Below are positions 10,196 to 20,000 of a stretch of DNA of 64,000 bases, one piece after another. This DNA comes from Candidatus Latescibacterota bacterium (lineage in GTDB: Bacteria; Latescibacterota; UBA2968; GCA-2709665), in the NCBI GenBank assembly GCA_965237675.1, contig OZ250150.1, positions 4,128,001 to 4,192,000 of the forward strand, written 5' to 3'. How positions within the stretch are numbered: the first letter of the stretch is position 1; each line of letters starts with the position of its first letter. Position numbers and translations under genes: made by a program. Below the pieces are notes generated by a model. The model worked only from the letters and a program-made list of their open reading frames with translations. It was not told the origin of the DNA and ran no database searches.

Positions 10196-11215
10196 TTACA
10201 ATAGCAACTTCTGGTATTGGTCGATATTCTCGAGAACGCGCCCGGTGCCGCGTACAACACAGGTGAGCGGGTCATCTGCCACAATCACCGGCAAGCCTGT
10301 TTCCTCCATCAGCCTGTGGTCCAATCCGCGCAGCAATGCCCCTCCACCGGTCATAATGATGCCACGGTCGAGAATATCGGCAGCGAGTTCAGGCGGTGTA
10401 TGCTCCAGGGTCTGCCGCACCGCCTCCAGAATGGAATTCACCGTCGCGTTGAGCGCCTCCCGAATTTCCACCGAATCGACGATAATGGTTTTAGGGATGA
10501 AGTTGATCGTATCCAAACCCCGGCAAGGATGCTGGAATTCGCTATCCAGTTTCCCGGCAGAACCGATTTCACATTTGATCTGCTCCGCGCTCCGTTCTCC
10601 TACAAGAAGGTTGTGTTTGCGTCTAAGCATCGTGACAATGGCCTGGTTCATCCCGTCGCCCGCAATTTTGATTGACCTCGAGGTTACGATGCCCGACAGG
10701 GCAATTACTGCAATCTCGGTGGTACCGCCACCGATGTCAATCACCATGGACCCCACTGCCTCTTCCACGGGCAGGCCGATCCCGATGGCGGCGGCCATGG
10801 GTTCCTTGATGATATACACCTCACGAGCGCCCGCCCGCTCCGCGGATTCTCTGACGGCCCGCATTTCGACGGCGGTCACCCCCGAAGGCACGCATATCAC
10901 AATTCGCGGACGTACGAGCAGCTTGTTCTTTTGAACCTTCCGAATGAAGTGTCGAAGCATCTCTTCGGTCACATCGAAATCGGCAATGACTCCGTTCCGG
11001 AGTGGACGTATGACTTCGATATCCGGGTTCTGGCGCCCCATCATCTGCTTCGCACGGGAACCGATGGCCAGCGGTATGTGTGAATTGCGATCCAGTGCCA
11101 CCACCGATGGCTCATCAACGACGATATTCTCTCCTTTGACATAAACCAGGGTATTGGCCGTACCCAGATCGATACCAATGTCATTGGAAAGCAGTCTGGA
11201 AAGAAAAAATGCCAT
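10196..11215 (-). CDS. mreB: Rod shape-determining protein MreB
   Basis: IGIDLGTANT, EPMAAAIG, DIGGGTTE, LTGGGALL-type actin-fold motifs. Confidence 0.98.
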   Translation of the reverse strand: MAFFLSRLLSNDIGIDLGTANTLVYVKGENIVVDEPSVVALDRNSHIPLAIGSRAKQMMGRQNPDIEVIRPLRNGVIADFDVTEEMLRHFIRKVQKNKLLVRPRIVICVPSGVTAVEMRAVRESAERAGAREVYIIKEPMAAAIGIGLPVEEAVGSMVIDIGGGTTEIAVIALSGIVTSRSIKIAGDGMNQAIVTMLRRKHNLLVGERSAEQIKCEIGSAGKLDSEFQHPCRGLDTINFIPKTIIVDSVEIREALNATVNSILEAVRQTLEHTPPELAADILDRGIIMTGGGALLRGLDHRLMEETGLPVIVADDPLTCVVRGTGRVLENIDQYQKLLL

Positions 11216-11236
11216 AATTAACCAGTTCCTAACGGG

Positions 11237-12115
11237 TTAGACAAGTAATCGATCTCGAACGTCGCAATACTTGTCCAGGGTCCTCTCCACAATCTCGTCC
11301 GGCAACTCCGGCGAGGGGGGCGTTTTGTCCCAATCCAGGGTCTCCAGATAGTCGCGGACAAACTGCTTGTCGAAACTGTCCTGCGAGCGGCCCGCTGCAT
11401 AGCGCTCCTGGTCCCAGAAACGCGAGGAATCCGGCGAAAGGATCTCGTCGATCAGAATCACCTCACCGTCCCGAAGGCCGAATTCAAACTTGGTATCGGC
11501 AATTACAATACCCTTGCCCTCCGCAAAAGCACGGGCGGCGTCGTAGATCTCCAGCGTTAAATCCCGCAACCGGGACGCCAGGCCCGGCTCCACCACCTCG
11601 CACATCTGTTCGAATGAGATGTTTTCGTCGTGACCGGTGGTGGCTTTCGTGGCAGGGGTAAAGATCGGCCGATCCAGTCGGCTGGACTCCTCGAGCCCGT
11701 CGGGCAACTGTACCCCGCATACGGCGCCGGTCTCTTTGTAATCCTTCCATCCGGACCCGGCCAGGTACCCCCGGGCCACACATTCGATATCCACCCGGTC
11801 GGCCTTCACCACCAGCATCGACCGCGATTCAAGCTGGTCTCGAAAAGCATGCAACTCGGAAGGATACTCGTCTACGTTCGCTGTAATCAAATGATGGTTG
11901 ACCAGGTGAGCGAGTTTCTCGAACCAAAAGAGAGACATCTGTGTCAGGATGGCGCCCTTACCGGGAATACCGTTGGGCATGACACAATCAAACGCCGAAA
12001 TTCGATCCGTCGCCACAATTAAAAGTCGATCTTCCAAATCGTAGACATCGCGGACCTTACCCCTGGCGAACAGGGGCACGCCATCCAGCCTGGTCTCCGT
12101 CAACGCCGCCGCCAT
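11237..12115 (-). CDS. purC: SAICAR synthetase
   Basis: GKVRDVY, TDRISAFD, ECVARGY, ADTKFEFG, DEILSPDSSRFW, SFDKQFVR. Confidence 0.98.
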   Translation of the reverse strand: MAAALTETRLDGVPLFARGKVRDVYDLEDRLLIVATDRISAFDCVMPNGIPGKGAILTQMSLFWFEKLAHLVNHHLITANVDEYPSELHAFRDQLESRSMLVVKADRVDIECVARGYLAGSGWKDYKETGAVCGVQLPDGLEESSRLDRPIFTPATKATTGHDENISFEQMCEVVEPGLASRLRDLTLEIYDAARAFAEGKGIVIADTKFEFGLRDGEVILIDEILSPDSSRFWDQERYAAGRSQDSFDKQFVRDYLETLDWDKTPPSPELPDEIVERTLDKYCDVRDRLLV

Positions 12116-12189
12116 GGACGCATGACCTCCTCAAGTGTCGTGTCCCGGAAATGTGTCACCATTCGGCAATCTGTTTTCGGGACAGAACA

Positions 12190-12834
12190 CTAGTTTAGAA
12201 TTCGAACCTCCCGGCCATCGACGCGAATTTTTCCTTCCGCGAACAAGCCAATCGCTTCGGCATACAACTCGTGCTCCACGGCCAGTACCTTTCTTGCGAG
12301 GGAATCGGGTGTATCTTCGGGTGCAACGCGGACCCTTCGCTGCAGAATGATTGGACCGGTGTCGTATTCCTCATCCACGAGATGAACGGTCGCACCGGAA
12401 ATCGCCGCGCCACTCCGGACGACGGCTTCGTGGATACGGCGCCCGTACATACCCTTGCCGCCGAATGCGGGCAGGAGTGCGGGATGAATATTGAGGATAC
12501 GGTCTCTATAGACCTTGAGCGTCACGGGGCCAAGTTTCTTCATATATCCGGCCAGAACCACGAGGTCGACGCCGTGGGACCTGAGCGTTTCCGCGATAGA
12601 CCGGTCGAGTACGCCGGGTTTCGGGTGCGTCCAGCCGCTCAGATGAAAAACGGGCACCCCCGCGCGTCGGGCGTGCGCCAGCGCGCCCGACTGGCTGTTG
12701 TTGCCGATTACGACGCCCACACGCGCCCGAAGCCGGCCCGAATCGCTTCGGTCGAGTATCGCCTGTAGATTGGTTCCCCCTCCCGAGGCCAGCACACCCA
12801 GGCAATAAACATCATTCCGTCCAGACAGGTTCAT
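12190..12834 (-). CDS. purN: Phosphoribosylglycinamide formyltransferase
   Basis: LASGGGTNLQA, LAGYMK, NIHPALLP, GATVHLVDEEYDTG. Confidence 0.97.
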   Translation of the reverse strand: MNLSGRNDVYCLGVLASGGGTNLQAILDRSDSGRLRARVGVVIGNNSQSGALAHARRAGVPVFHLSGWTHPKPGVLDRSIAETLRSHGVDLVVLAGYMKKLGPVTLKVYRDRILNIHPALLPAFGGKGMYGRRIHEAVVRSGAAISGATVHLVDEEYDTGPIILQRRVRVAPEDTPDSLARKVLAVEHELYAEAIGLFAEGKIRVDGREVRILN

Positions 12835-12975
12835 TATTCCACGATTCAACCCGGGGATTCGTTCCGATGATTGACGCTGCAACAGCTAATTCGGCGGGGA
12901 ATATGTAGAAACGGGGGAAAACACCCGTCGAGAAGAATGGCGGCGGGACTGAGAGGCAAACGACTCGGCCAACTC

Positions 12976-13004
12976 AAAATAACCCATTGCAAACCCAATG
13001 TCAA
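12976..13004 (-). promoter_or_regulatory. Putative sigma70 promoter of purN-purC-mreB-mreC
   Basis: Minus strand TTGACA (13004-12999), 17-nt spacer, TATTTT (12981-12976). Confidence 0.6.
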
Positions 13005-13134
13005 GCGCTTTGCAAACCACGTCCAGGCGACGCGACAGACAAAATCCACTTGACAAAAATGCAACATCGTTCCTTATTTAAACCGATATATGATAAGTAC
13101 TTACTCATTTGGAGTACCGCAACGGAGGTTGTCT

Positions 13135-14031
13135 TTGAAGATTCGCAAGGCGGTGATCGCGGCGGCCGGGCACGGCAGCCGGATGTTGCCGGCCACAAAA
13201 GCCATGCCCAAAGAGATGCTCCCTGTCGTAGACAAACCGGCCATACAGTACATCATCGAAGAACTCGTAGAAGCCGGCATCGAAGACATTCTGATCATCA
13301 CGGGAAGAGGCAAACAAGCCATAGAAGACCACTTTGACCGCAATGTCGAAATCCACAACGCCCTGGAAAATCGGGAAGACCGCGCGATGCTACAAACCCT
13401 CGAACGCATCGAGCAGCTTGCCGACATCCACTATCTCCGACAGAAAGAACTCCTCGGAACCGGCCACGCCATTCTTAAGGCGCGAAAACATGTCGGCGAC
13501 GAGCCGTTTGCGGTCCTGTTCGGAGACGACCTGGTGGTGTCGGAACACCCGTGCATCGGACAACTGGTGGACATGTACGACAAATTCGGCGCGTCGATTC
13601 TGGCGGTTAAAGAGGTGGCCCCTGAGCGTGTCGGCAGCTACGGCGTGATCCGGGTTGAATCCGTCAACGGGGTCAATCTCGTGAAGGGCCTTGTGGAAAA
13701 GCCCGAGCCGGCACTGGCACCCTCAAATCTGGCTAGCCTGGGCCGGTATATCTTCGAACCCCAGATCTTCGATTTTCTGGATCGCATCACCCCGGCGGAA
13801 AACGGTGAGTACCAGCTCACCGACGCCATTCAGTTGATGATTCAATCCCGTCCCGTGTACGCGTGCGCAATTGAAGGCGATTGGTACACCGTTGGCGACC
13901 TGCTCTCGTACCTGAGAACAACGGTTGCATTTGCCCTCGAGCACACCACTATCGGCGATTCTTTCCGGGAATATCTGAAAACAACCTGTCAATCCCTTTT
14001 TGCGGATACTGAGAATTCGCGCCGCGGCTGA
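13135..14031 (+). CDS. galU: UTP--glucose-1-phosphate uridylyltransferase
   Basis: KAVIAAAGHGSRMLPATKAMPKEMLPVVDKP, GTGHA, VEKP, EYQLTDA; GGAGG before TTG at 13135. Confidence 0.95.
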   Translation: MKIRKAVIAAAGHGSRMLPATKAMPKEMLPVVDKPAIQYIIEELVEAGIEDILIITGRGKQAIEDHFDRNVEIHNALENREDRAMLQTLERIEQLADIHYLRQKELLGTGHAILKARKHVGDEPFAVLFGDDLVVSEHPCIGQLVDMYDKFGASILAVKEVAPERVGSYGVIRVESVNGVNLVKGLVEKPEPALAPSNLASLGRYIFEPQIFDFLDRITPAENGEYQLTDAIQLMIQSRPVYACAIEGDWYTVGDLLSYLRTTVAFALEHTTIGDSFREYLKTTCQSLFADTENSRRG

Positions 14032-14037
14032 TCGGGC

Positions 14038-14517
14038 CTACACCCGAGCAAGAATGCCCTCGAAGTCCTCCAGAATCGTGTCCACGCGGTCGACAATTGC
14101 GCGCTCCTGCCTGGCGATCCATTCCTTATCGTTCCTGCTGAGCATCCCACGCTCTTCGAAAGCTTCAAGTTCATCCCGATCGAGAACCGTGAGCCGACCT
14201 TTCGAATCGAACCAGAGGTCCAGCATCAGGTCCTGGTAATCCACGTGCTGATCGCCCACCTCCAGATCCTTGCAGACGTGGAAGAGATGACCCCTCAGCC
14301 GGCCGTCCGGACCGTACATTCTCCATAGTACATAACCGGCCGCGTGCCGATAGTAGCCGTACGTAACGGACCCGCTTCCAAACACCATATTGCCCACCCT
14401 TCCGGGCCGTGGATTCACATATTTGAGCACCACGCAACCGGGCATCCGCACGACGGGTTCACATTCAAAAACGGCTTCCGGCTTGTCCAGATGGCGCTTC
14501 ACCTCCCGAAAGCTCAT
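14038..14517 (-). CDS. DUF402 (FomD/Ntdp-like) domain protein
   Basis: YQDLMLDLW...VLDRDELEAF acidic DUF402 motif. The ORF is open to 14706 (ATGA overlap with pcm stop), so the start is uncertain. Confidence 0.75.
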   Translation of the reverse strand: MSFREVKRHLDKPEAVFECEPVVRMPGCVVLKYVNPRPGRVGNMVFGSGSVTYGYYRHAAGYVLWRMYGPDGRLRGHLFHVCKDLEVGDQHVDYQDLMLDLWFDSKGRLTVLDRDELEAFEERGMLSRNDKEWIARQERAIVDRVDTILEDFEGILARV

Positions 14518-14702
14518 CAGGTAAACGATCGGGTTATCAGATAACAGAACAGCATCGTGGTACTTGCCACGAGCCAACATGCCCATTGAAGCAGTTTCGC
14601 GCGTCGTCCCGCCATACCCGAAGAAATGGACTGGCCAAGATAACAGAGCACGAACACCAGCGAAATTCCGATTCCCCAAATTGTAATCAAGATACGCCCT
14701 CC

Positions 14703-15446
14703 TCATTCCAGTTCCTGTGCCTCTCCCGTCATCGGTACAAACCGCACGGGAATAACCCGTTCTTCCTTTACGCCATCCCTATCTTTCACAAGTAGCGTCA
14801 GATGTTGATTGACAGTGCCGACCGGTATCACCATGCGCCCGCCTTCCCGAAGCTGTTCGACAAGCTTCGGTGGAACATGATCTGGCGCCGCGGTTACGAT
14901 GACGGCATCGAACGGCGCGTGTTCCTGCCAACCCCGGTATCCGTCTCCGAGTCGGACCCTGATGTTGTCGTATCCCAACCGTTCGAGTCGTTCCTCGGCC
15001 TGGCGAGCGAGCGACGGCACGATCTCAATGGTATACACCTCACGTACGAGCCTTCCCAGGACGGCCGCCTGATAACCCGAGCCGGTTCCCACCTCGAGCA
15101 CCTTTTCGTCGCCTTTCAGGTCCAGCAATTCGGTCATCTTCGCCACAATATACGGCTGGGATATTGTCTGGTCTTCGCCAATGGGCAACGCTCCGTCGTC
15201 GTATGCGCGCTCTTTGAGGTGCGCGGGGACAAACAGGTGTCGCGGCACAGCCAGCAGTGCGTTGAGCACGCTCCGCTCTTTGATTCCACGTCGTTCGATT
15301 TGTACTCTTATCATCTTTTTGCGCATTATGAAAAATCGCGCCTCCTCATCCACCGACATCCGTTGCCCGTCTGTCGAATCCGCGCTACACCCGGCGCAGA
15401 GCGCCAGCCATAGCACCGGAAACGTGGCGCCGCGTAAGCGATCCAT
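14703..15446 (-). CDS. pcm: Protein-L-isoaspartate(D-aspartate) O-methyltransferase
   Basis: VPRHLF, QTISQPY, VLEVGTGSGYQAA, APFDAVIVTAA, GGRMVIPVG, VRFVPM. Confidence 0.97.
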   Translation of the reverse strand: MDRLRGATFPVLWLALCAGCSADSTDGQRMSVDEEARFFIMRKKMIRVQIERRGIKERSVLNALLAVPRHLFVPAHLKERAYDDGALPIGEDQTISQPYIVAKMTELLDLKGDEKVLEVGTGSGYQAAVLGRLVREVYTIEIVPSLARQAEERLERLGYDNIRVRLGDGYRGWQEHAPFDAVIVTAAPDHVPPKLVEQLREGGRMVIPVGTVNQHLTLLVKDRDGVKEERVIPVRFVPMTGEAQELE

Positions 15447-15467
15447 GGTCCATGGCCTCCATGTGAA

Positions 15468-17090
15468 TCACTTTCTTTTACTCTCCAAATATGCCTTATC
15501 TCGTTCCAGAAGCTCCGGGTTTAGCCGGTAGAACAACTCCCGAGCCTTTGGCAGCATCCTGTGCGTGACGACGAATCGGCCGTCGAGCAACAACGATGGA
15601 TTCATTGACCGGTCGATGCCTGCTCTTTCCGCCACAACCCGCGACCGTGAAACCAGCGTCGCGCCCTCGTCAGCGGCGCAGCGCTCGATGCGCTCGTTGT
15701 CCATCCTCAGCGGCGTCAGACAGGCGGCGTTCGATCCCCTGGCCCGGTTTTTGGAAGCACTCTGGAACAGGCACAGGATATAGTTTCTGTATCGATCAGG
15801 ATAGATCTTCCGAACACACAAGCTGGAACGAGCGCTTTGGTCGTGCCCCATTGGATGGAGGTGCAGACGCTCCGGGGTATCGACGGCATTCAACCAGGAA
15901 AACAAATCACCTGTAATTCGCGTTGTCAGTGGCGATTCTCCCGCGAAAAAGAAGTCCATCCGACCCGGGACGGCTTCCCGGCCCATCAGCCGCGTGACGG
16001 GCAGGAGAGCGGGCCGTGGCATGAAACTCCCACTCATCGGATAAACCGCCTTTGCAAATCGCTGAAATCGTGCGGTCTTGGCAAAATCGGAATCGAGGAC
16101 AAACGCCGGCAACCGGTCGACGCCAAACCGGTCCGCTAGGCTTCTTCCCTGCCGCGAATGGACGTTCAATGTTTGAACGTCCACGCCCGGGAACAACTCT
16201 CGAGTCGACCGGACGAACAACCCCGCGTCGCACAGGTCGCATCCGGCATCGTTCAGAACCGTCATCTTGAAGACAACCGGATCGCTGAACCTGCATACCG
16301 CCGAAGGTTTACCGGCGTCAATACAGACACCCACCCGGCCCGCCATCCGACAGTCCTGATCCGTTCCACACACCGGTACCGCCGTGCAGGGCCCGGCCAG
16401 ACTATCCAGACCGCAAATGCGGCGCGCCAGACCCTGTGTATCGACGCCCTCCTTCACTTCTACGCCGTTGACGAACAGGGTCGGCGATGCCTGGATTCCC
16501 AGGACATTCGCCCGAAGGATATTATCACGAAAAAGGGCCTCTCCATCGGCGCCGGACGCCATCTCCGCCACCCGTTCGGGTTCGATTCCCGCCCGCCTGG
16601 CCGAAGCCTGCCAATCCGGAGAGTCCACATCTTCATTTCTATAGAGAATATAGTCATAATAGCGGTCCGGATACAAATGCATCATGACGACCTGCCGGAT
16701 TCCCTCCTCCACTTCAGCGTCGCCGTGGAGACTCAAGAAACTGCCGGTACCGAACACCTGGCCGGAATCGCAGGATTCACGCTGGCTCTGGCGCGGGTGG
16801 ACCGGACCGGACGGCACGGGGCCCTTTCCTGCCTCCTGAGCTATGAAATGCAGTCGGAAATCAATTCCATCGCCAAATGCCTGGAGCGTGGGTGCGAGCG
16901 TGGCTTCCGCCCGCATCCCGTAAGGACAGTGCGCCATCACGAACAACTCAACCTTTACACGATTTTCGACATCGCCCGCACGAACCGGTCCGACCTCACT
17001 TCGTGAAACGTCGGAACCGTGAACCGGAAGCCATGGTAAGATGCCCACCAACACGGACCCGCAGATTCCCCGCACCTTTGTCCCGTTCAT
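15468..17090 (-). CDS. Exported multidomain GILT/DsbA-like thioredoxin-fold protein
   Basis: Signal-like N-terminus; VELFVMAHCPYG, SLHGDAEV (GILT-like), SPTLFVNG cis-Pro loop; Cys-rich linker; second Trx domain with CDLC. Confidence 0.7.
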   Translation of the reverse strand: MNGTKVRGICGSVLVGILPWLPVHGSDVSRSEVGPVRAGDVENRVKVELFVMAHCPYGMRAEATLAPTLQAFGDGIDFRLHFIAQEAGKGPVPSGPVHPRQSQRESCDSGQVFGTGSFLSLHGDAEVEEGIRQVVMMHLYPDRYYDYILYRNEDVDSPDWQASARRAGIEPERVAEMASGADGEALFRDNILRANVLGIQASPTLFVNGVEVKEGVDTQGLARRICGLDSLAGPCTAVPVCGTDQDCRMAGRVGVCIDAGKPSAVCRFSDPVVFKMTVLNDAGCDLCDAGLFVRSTRELFPGVDVQTLNVHSRQGRSLADRFGVDRLPAFVLDSDFAKTARFQRFAKAVYPMSGSFMPRPALLPVTRLMGREAVPGRMDFFFAGESPLTTRITGDLFSWLNAVDTPERLHLHPMGHDQSARSSLCVRKIYPDRYRNYILCLFQSASKNRARGSNAACLTPLRMDNERIERCAADEGATLVSRSRVVAERAGIDRSMNPSLLLDGRFVVTHRMLPKARELFYRLNPELLERDKAYLESKRK

Positions 17091-17319
17091 TCGGACCTCC
17101 GCTCATTGTTCAGGACGGCAGTCGCATTGAGGCTTCAAGCAGAGAAGGGGCCGACGTGGCTCGCAGGCACGACTCGGATCCGGCAAAACCAGGTTTACCG
17201 GCAGAATCATCCCGTCCGTGATCCTTTTCCGACCGGCGAATGTCACGACCGAGGCAGAACAAGAAAGGCCGCCTCCCGCTCAGAGACGACCTCAACATTG
17301 CGGCACCCAACCAATAATG

Positions 17320-18120
17320 CTATTTCAACAACATCATTCGCTTGGAAGCCGAGAAACTGGCGGCCTGCAGCCGATACAGATAGATCCCGCTGGCGACTTG
17401 CCTCCCCAGGTGGTCCTTGCCGTCCCAGGTGGCCGTAAAGTGGCCTGCTTCCGCGCGCGCGTCCGCGAGTACACGAACTTCCTGTCCAAGGAGATTATAG
17501 ATGGCCAGCCTGACCTGCCCGGCCTCCGAAATCTGGTATTCGATGGTTGTGGAGGGGTTAAAGGGATTCGGCATATTCTGGCTCAGGGCCGTTCGGTCGG
17601 GCAGCGGTTTTAAATTTCCGATTTCTATCTGAGTGAGCAGATCGATGTTTCCATCGAGGCCGACCAGTACGCCTTCCGCAATCTCAAAATCCGTTGCCAG
17701 CGGGGTATCGGTGGCCTTGAAGATCAGCTCGACGAGACCGCCGTCACCGCTGGCGCCCTGGCCATCGACTTTCATGGCGCCGATATCCAGTTTGCCGGGT
17801 GTTCGGCTGGACGAAAGGAAGAGTGTTTTCTGTTCAGACCGGCCGGCAAGCAGATTGACGTCGAGTTCCCTGGCTTCGATGAACTCGTACTTTGCGGAAT
17901 CGTAAAGAAGCGTGAAACCGTACCCCCTTAGATTCTTGGCTTGAGCCAGCGTGACCCGCAATTCCAAGACATTGTCGTCTGTATCTGAAGCGTTGGCCCG
18001 CTCCAACTTGAGCTGAGCAAAAGAATTCTGGCCACCGGTAATGGTCAATCCATTGGTCATTTCTCCGGCATGAGCCGCACCCGTTAGAACTACCGCTGCC
18101 AATACAAGAATCCTGCGCAT
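17320..18120 (-). CDS. Secreted cohesin-like domain protein with FlgD-Ig / T9SS-type C-terminal sorting domain
   Basis: Signal peptide; GYGFTLLYD...G.G.LVELIF cohesin-like; QNMPNPFNPSTTIEY...IYNLLGQEV...WDGKD..G..VASGIYLYRL. Confidence 0.85.
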   Translation of the reverse strand: MRRILVLAAVVLTGAAHAGEMTNGLTITGGQNSFAQLKLERANASDTDDNVLELRVTLAQAKNLRGYGFTLLYDSAKYEFIEARELDVNLLAGRSEQKTLFLSSSRTPGKLDIGAMKVDGQGASGDGGLVELIFKATDTPLATDFEIAEGVLVGLDGNIDLLTQIEIGNLKPLPDRTALSQNMPNPFNPSTTIEYQISEAGQVRLAIYNLLGQEVRVLADARAEAGHFTATWDGKDHLGRQVASGIYLYRLQAASFSASKRMMLLK

Positions 18121-18170
18121 AACCGCCTCCTTTCGGGGCCCAAGCGAGTTTAATCGACACTCTTATCTGA

Positions 18171-18199
18171 AATTTACGATTTACCACACCCGGTGTCAA
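18171..18199 (-). promoter_or_regulatory. Putative sigma70 promoter of the cohesin/FlgD gene
   Basis: Minus strand TTGACA (18199-18194), 17-nt spacer, TAAATT (18176-18171); AGGAGG RBS downstream. Confidence 0.65.
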
Positions 18200-18412
18200 C
18201 AGCGATTTGCAATGGTCACGCTGTTTGCGATAATTCGTGCCGGCGGACAAGAACCTCACAGGGGCGGAAAAACGCTGGAAGTCGGCGATGCCGGGGCGGC
18301 CGCTGGCATACTTCATTTCGACAACCGGTACGGTTCGTCGGAGTTTCGGCGGGACGACGGTCGCGGCAGTTATTCCGACCAGTGTGAGACCACGCAGTTT
18401 CGGCACAAGCGA

Positions 18413-19936
18413 TCACGTGCCGGATGCGCCGACGCGGAAATGGTTCCGAATCGATTCGACGAGGCCGGCAATGCCGATTTCCCGTCCGGTGGCCTGCGCT
18501 ACAACGCAAAATCCCAGATTCCGAGCGGTCTGGGCCGTCGTGGGCCCTATACACGCGGCGGGAAGTGTCCGCGGCAGGTCCACCATGCCGAATTGCTTGA
18601 AAAAATCTCCACAGTTTTTTGCGGCAGAGGGACTTGAAAAAATAACAATGTCGACTTCTCTTCGCTCCAGACGCGCCAATGCCTCCTGCGAAAAACCCGA
18701 GGGTTTCACGGTTCGGTAAACGACAATCTCCCGCACCTCAGCCCCCATCGCCCGCAGCGCTTCGGGTATTGTTCGCCGCCCCTTCCGGGCCCTGGGAATC
18801 AGAACGCGCAGCCCGGACATGTGTATCCCTGCGAATTGCTCCGCGAGGCCGGCGGAGGTGTGCTGACCGGGGCACAGATCCACGACCAGATCATAGCGCC
18901 GCGCCCTCTCTGCGGTTGCCTGGCCTACCACGGCAATTCGAACATCCGACAGCCTGCGGAGGTCGCCGTGCAATGCGCGCACCCGCCCCAAAAATCGCTC
19001 TACCGCGTTGCCGCTGGCAAATACAACCCAGTCAAACCGCTCCATCTGCGCAATGGCGGCGTCCACCCGCTCCCAATCCGGCGGCTCCGCGAACTCGATG
19101 GTGGGCGCCACAAGAACCTCCGCGCCCAGGCCCATCAACATTCCCCGCAGTTCTCCGGCGTGCTCCCTGCTACGCGTAATCATGACACGTTTTCCAAAAA
19201 GTGGCAGCCCTTCAAACCAGGGAATGTCCGTTCTGGCCACTTCACCCACCACAATCGCGGCGGGGCTGACCGCCTCCACCTCCCCGAGCGTACCCAGCGT
19301 GCATCGGATGGTCTTCTGTTGTGGCAACGTACCGTCTTGCACCACCACCACTGGCGTATCGACCGGGCGGCCCGCCAGGATCAATCTCCGGGCGACCTCC
19401 CCCCGATTTCGCACGCCCATCAACACCACCAGTGTCCCGCCCAGCCGGCCCAGCGCATGCCAGTCTACCTCCGGCAGGGCATCCAGAGATTCTCGGTGAC
19501 CCGTCAGAAACGTCACGTGCGGAGCAATCGCCCGGTGGGTCACGGAGATACCCGCGTATGCCGGCGCCGCGATCGCGCTCGTAATTCCGGGAATCACTTC
19601 AAATGCGATGCCCGCCTGTTGCAGAGTCGCCATTTCCTCTCCACCGCGCCCGAAAACGAAAGGGTCCCCGCCCTTCAGACGCACCACCTTGAGCCCTTTC
19701 GACGCCCTGGCGACCATAAGACGGTTGATCCGCTCCTGCTGCCGCGCCTGCGCGCCCGGCTGTTTCCCCACGTCGATCCGTTCACAATGCGGCGGTGCTT
19801 CGTCCAGCAAGGTCCGGCTGGCCAGGCTATCGTAAAGAATCACATCTGCCTGCCGGATGCGCCGAAGTGCCTTTATTGTTATCAGTTCGGGATCTCCCGG
19901 CCCCGCGCCAACAAGAAAAACCGTGCCATCCGCCAT
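18413..19936 (-). CDS. cobA: Fused uroporphyrinogen-III C-methyltransferase / uroporphyrinogen-III synthase (CobA-HemD)
   Basis: VGAGPGDPELIT, RLKGGDPFVFGRGGEE, PGITSA; then LFGKRVMITR, FSSPSA, CIGPTT HemD domain. Confidence 0.95.
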   Translation of the reverse strand: MADGTVFLVGAGPGDPELITIKALRRIRQADVILYDSLASRTLLDEAPPHCERIDVGKQPGAQARQQERINRLMVARASKGLKVVRLKGGDPFVFGRGGEEMATLQQAGIAFEVIPGITSAIAAPAYAGISVTHRAIAPHVTFLTGHRESLDALPEVDWHALGRLGGTLVVLMGVRNRGEVARRLILAGRPVDTPVVVVQDGTLPQQKTIRCTLGTLGEVEAVSPAAIVVGEVARTDIPWFEGLPLFGKRVMITRSREHAGELRGMLMGLGAEVLVAPTIEFAEPPDWERVDAAIAQMERFDWVVFASGNAVERFLGRVRALHGDLRRLSDVRIAVVGQATAERARRYDLVVDLCPGQHTSAGLAEQFAGIHMSGLRVLIPRARKGRRTIPEALRAMGAEVREIVVYRTVKPSGFSQEALARLERREVDIVIFSSPSAAKNCGDFFKQFGMVDLPRTLPAACIGPTTAQTARNLGFCVVAQATGREIGIAGLVESIRNHFRVGASGT

Positions 19937-20000
19937 GATTGCCCCAAATAGCCAGGGAACCGGCTGCCCTGCAGTTTCACATGTGCACCTTCTATGCGGC

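Noticed and set aside
12835-12970. Possible ZTP or purine riboswitch in the purN leader
   Set aside because: No match to the pfl/ZTP or purine consensus could be seen
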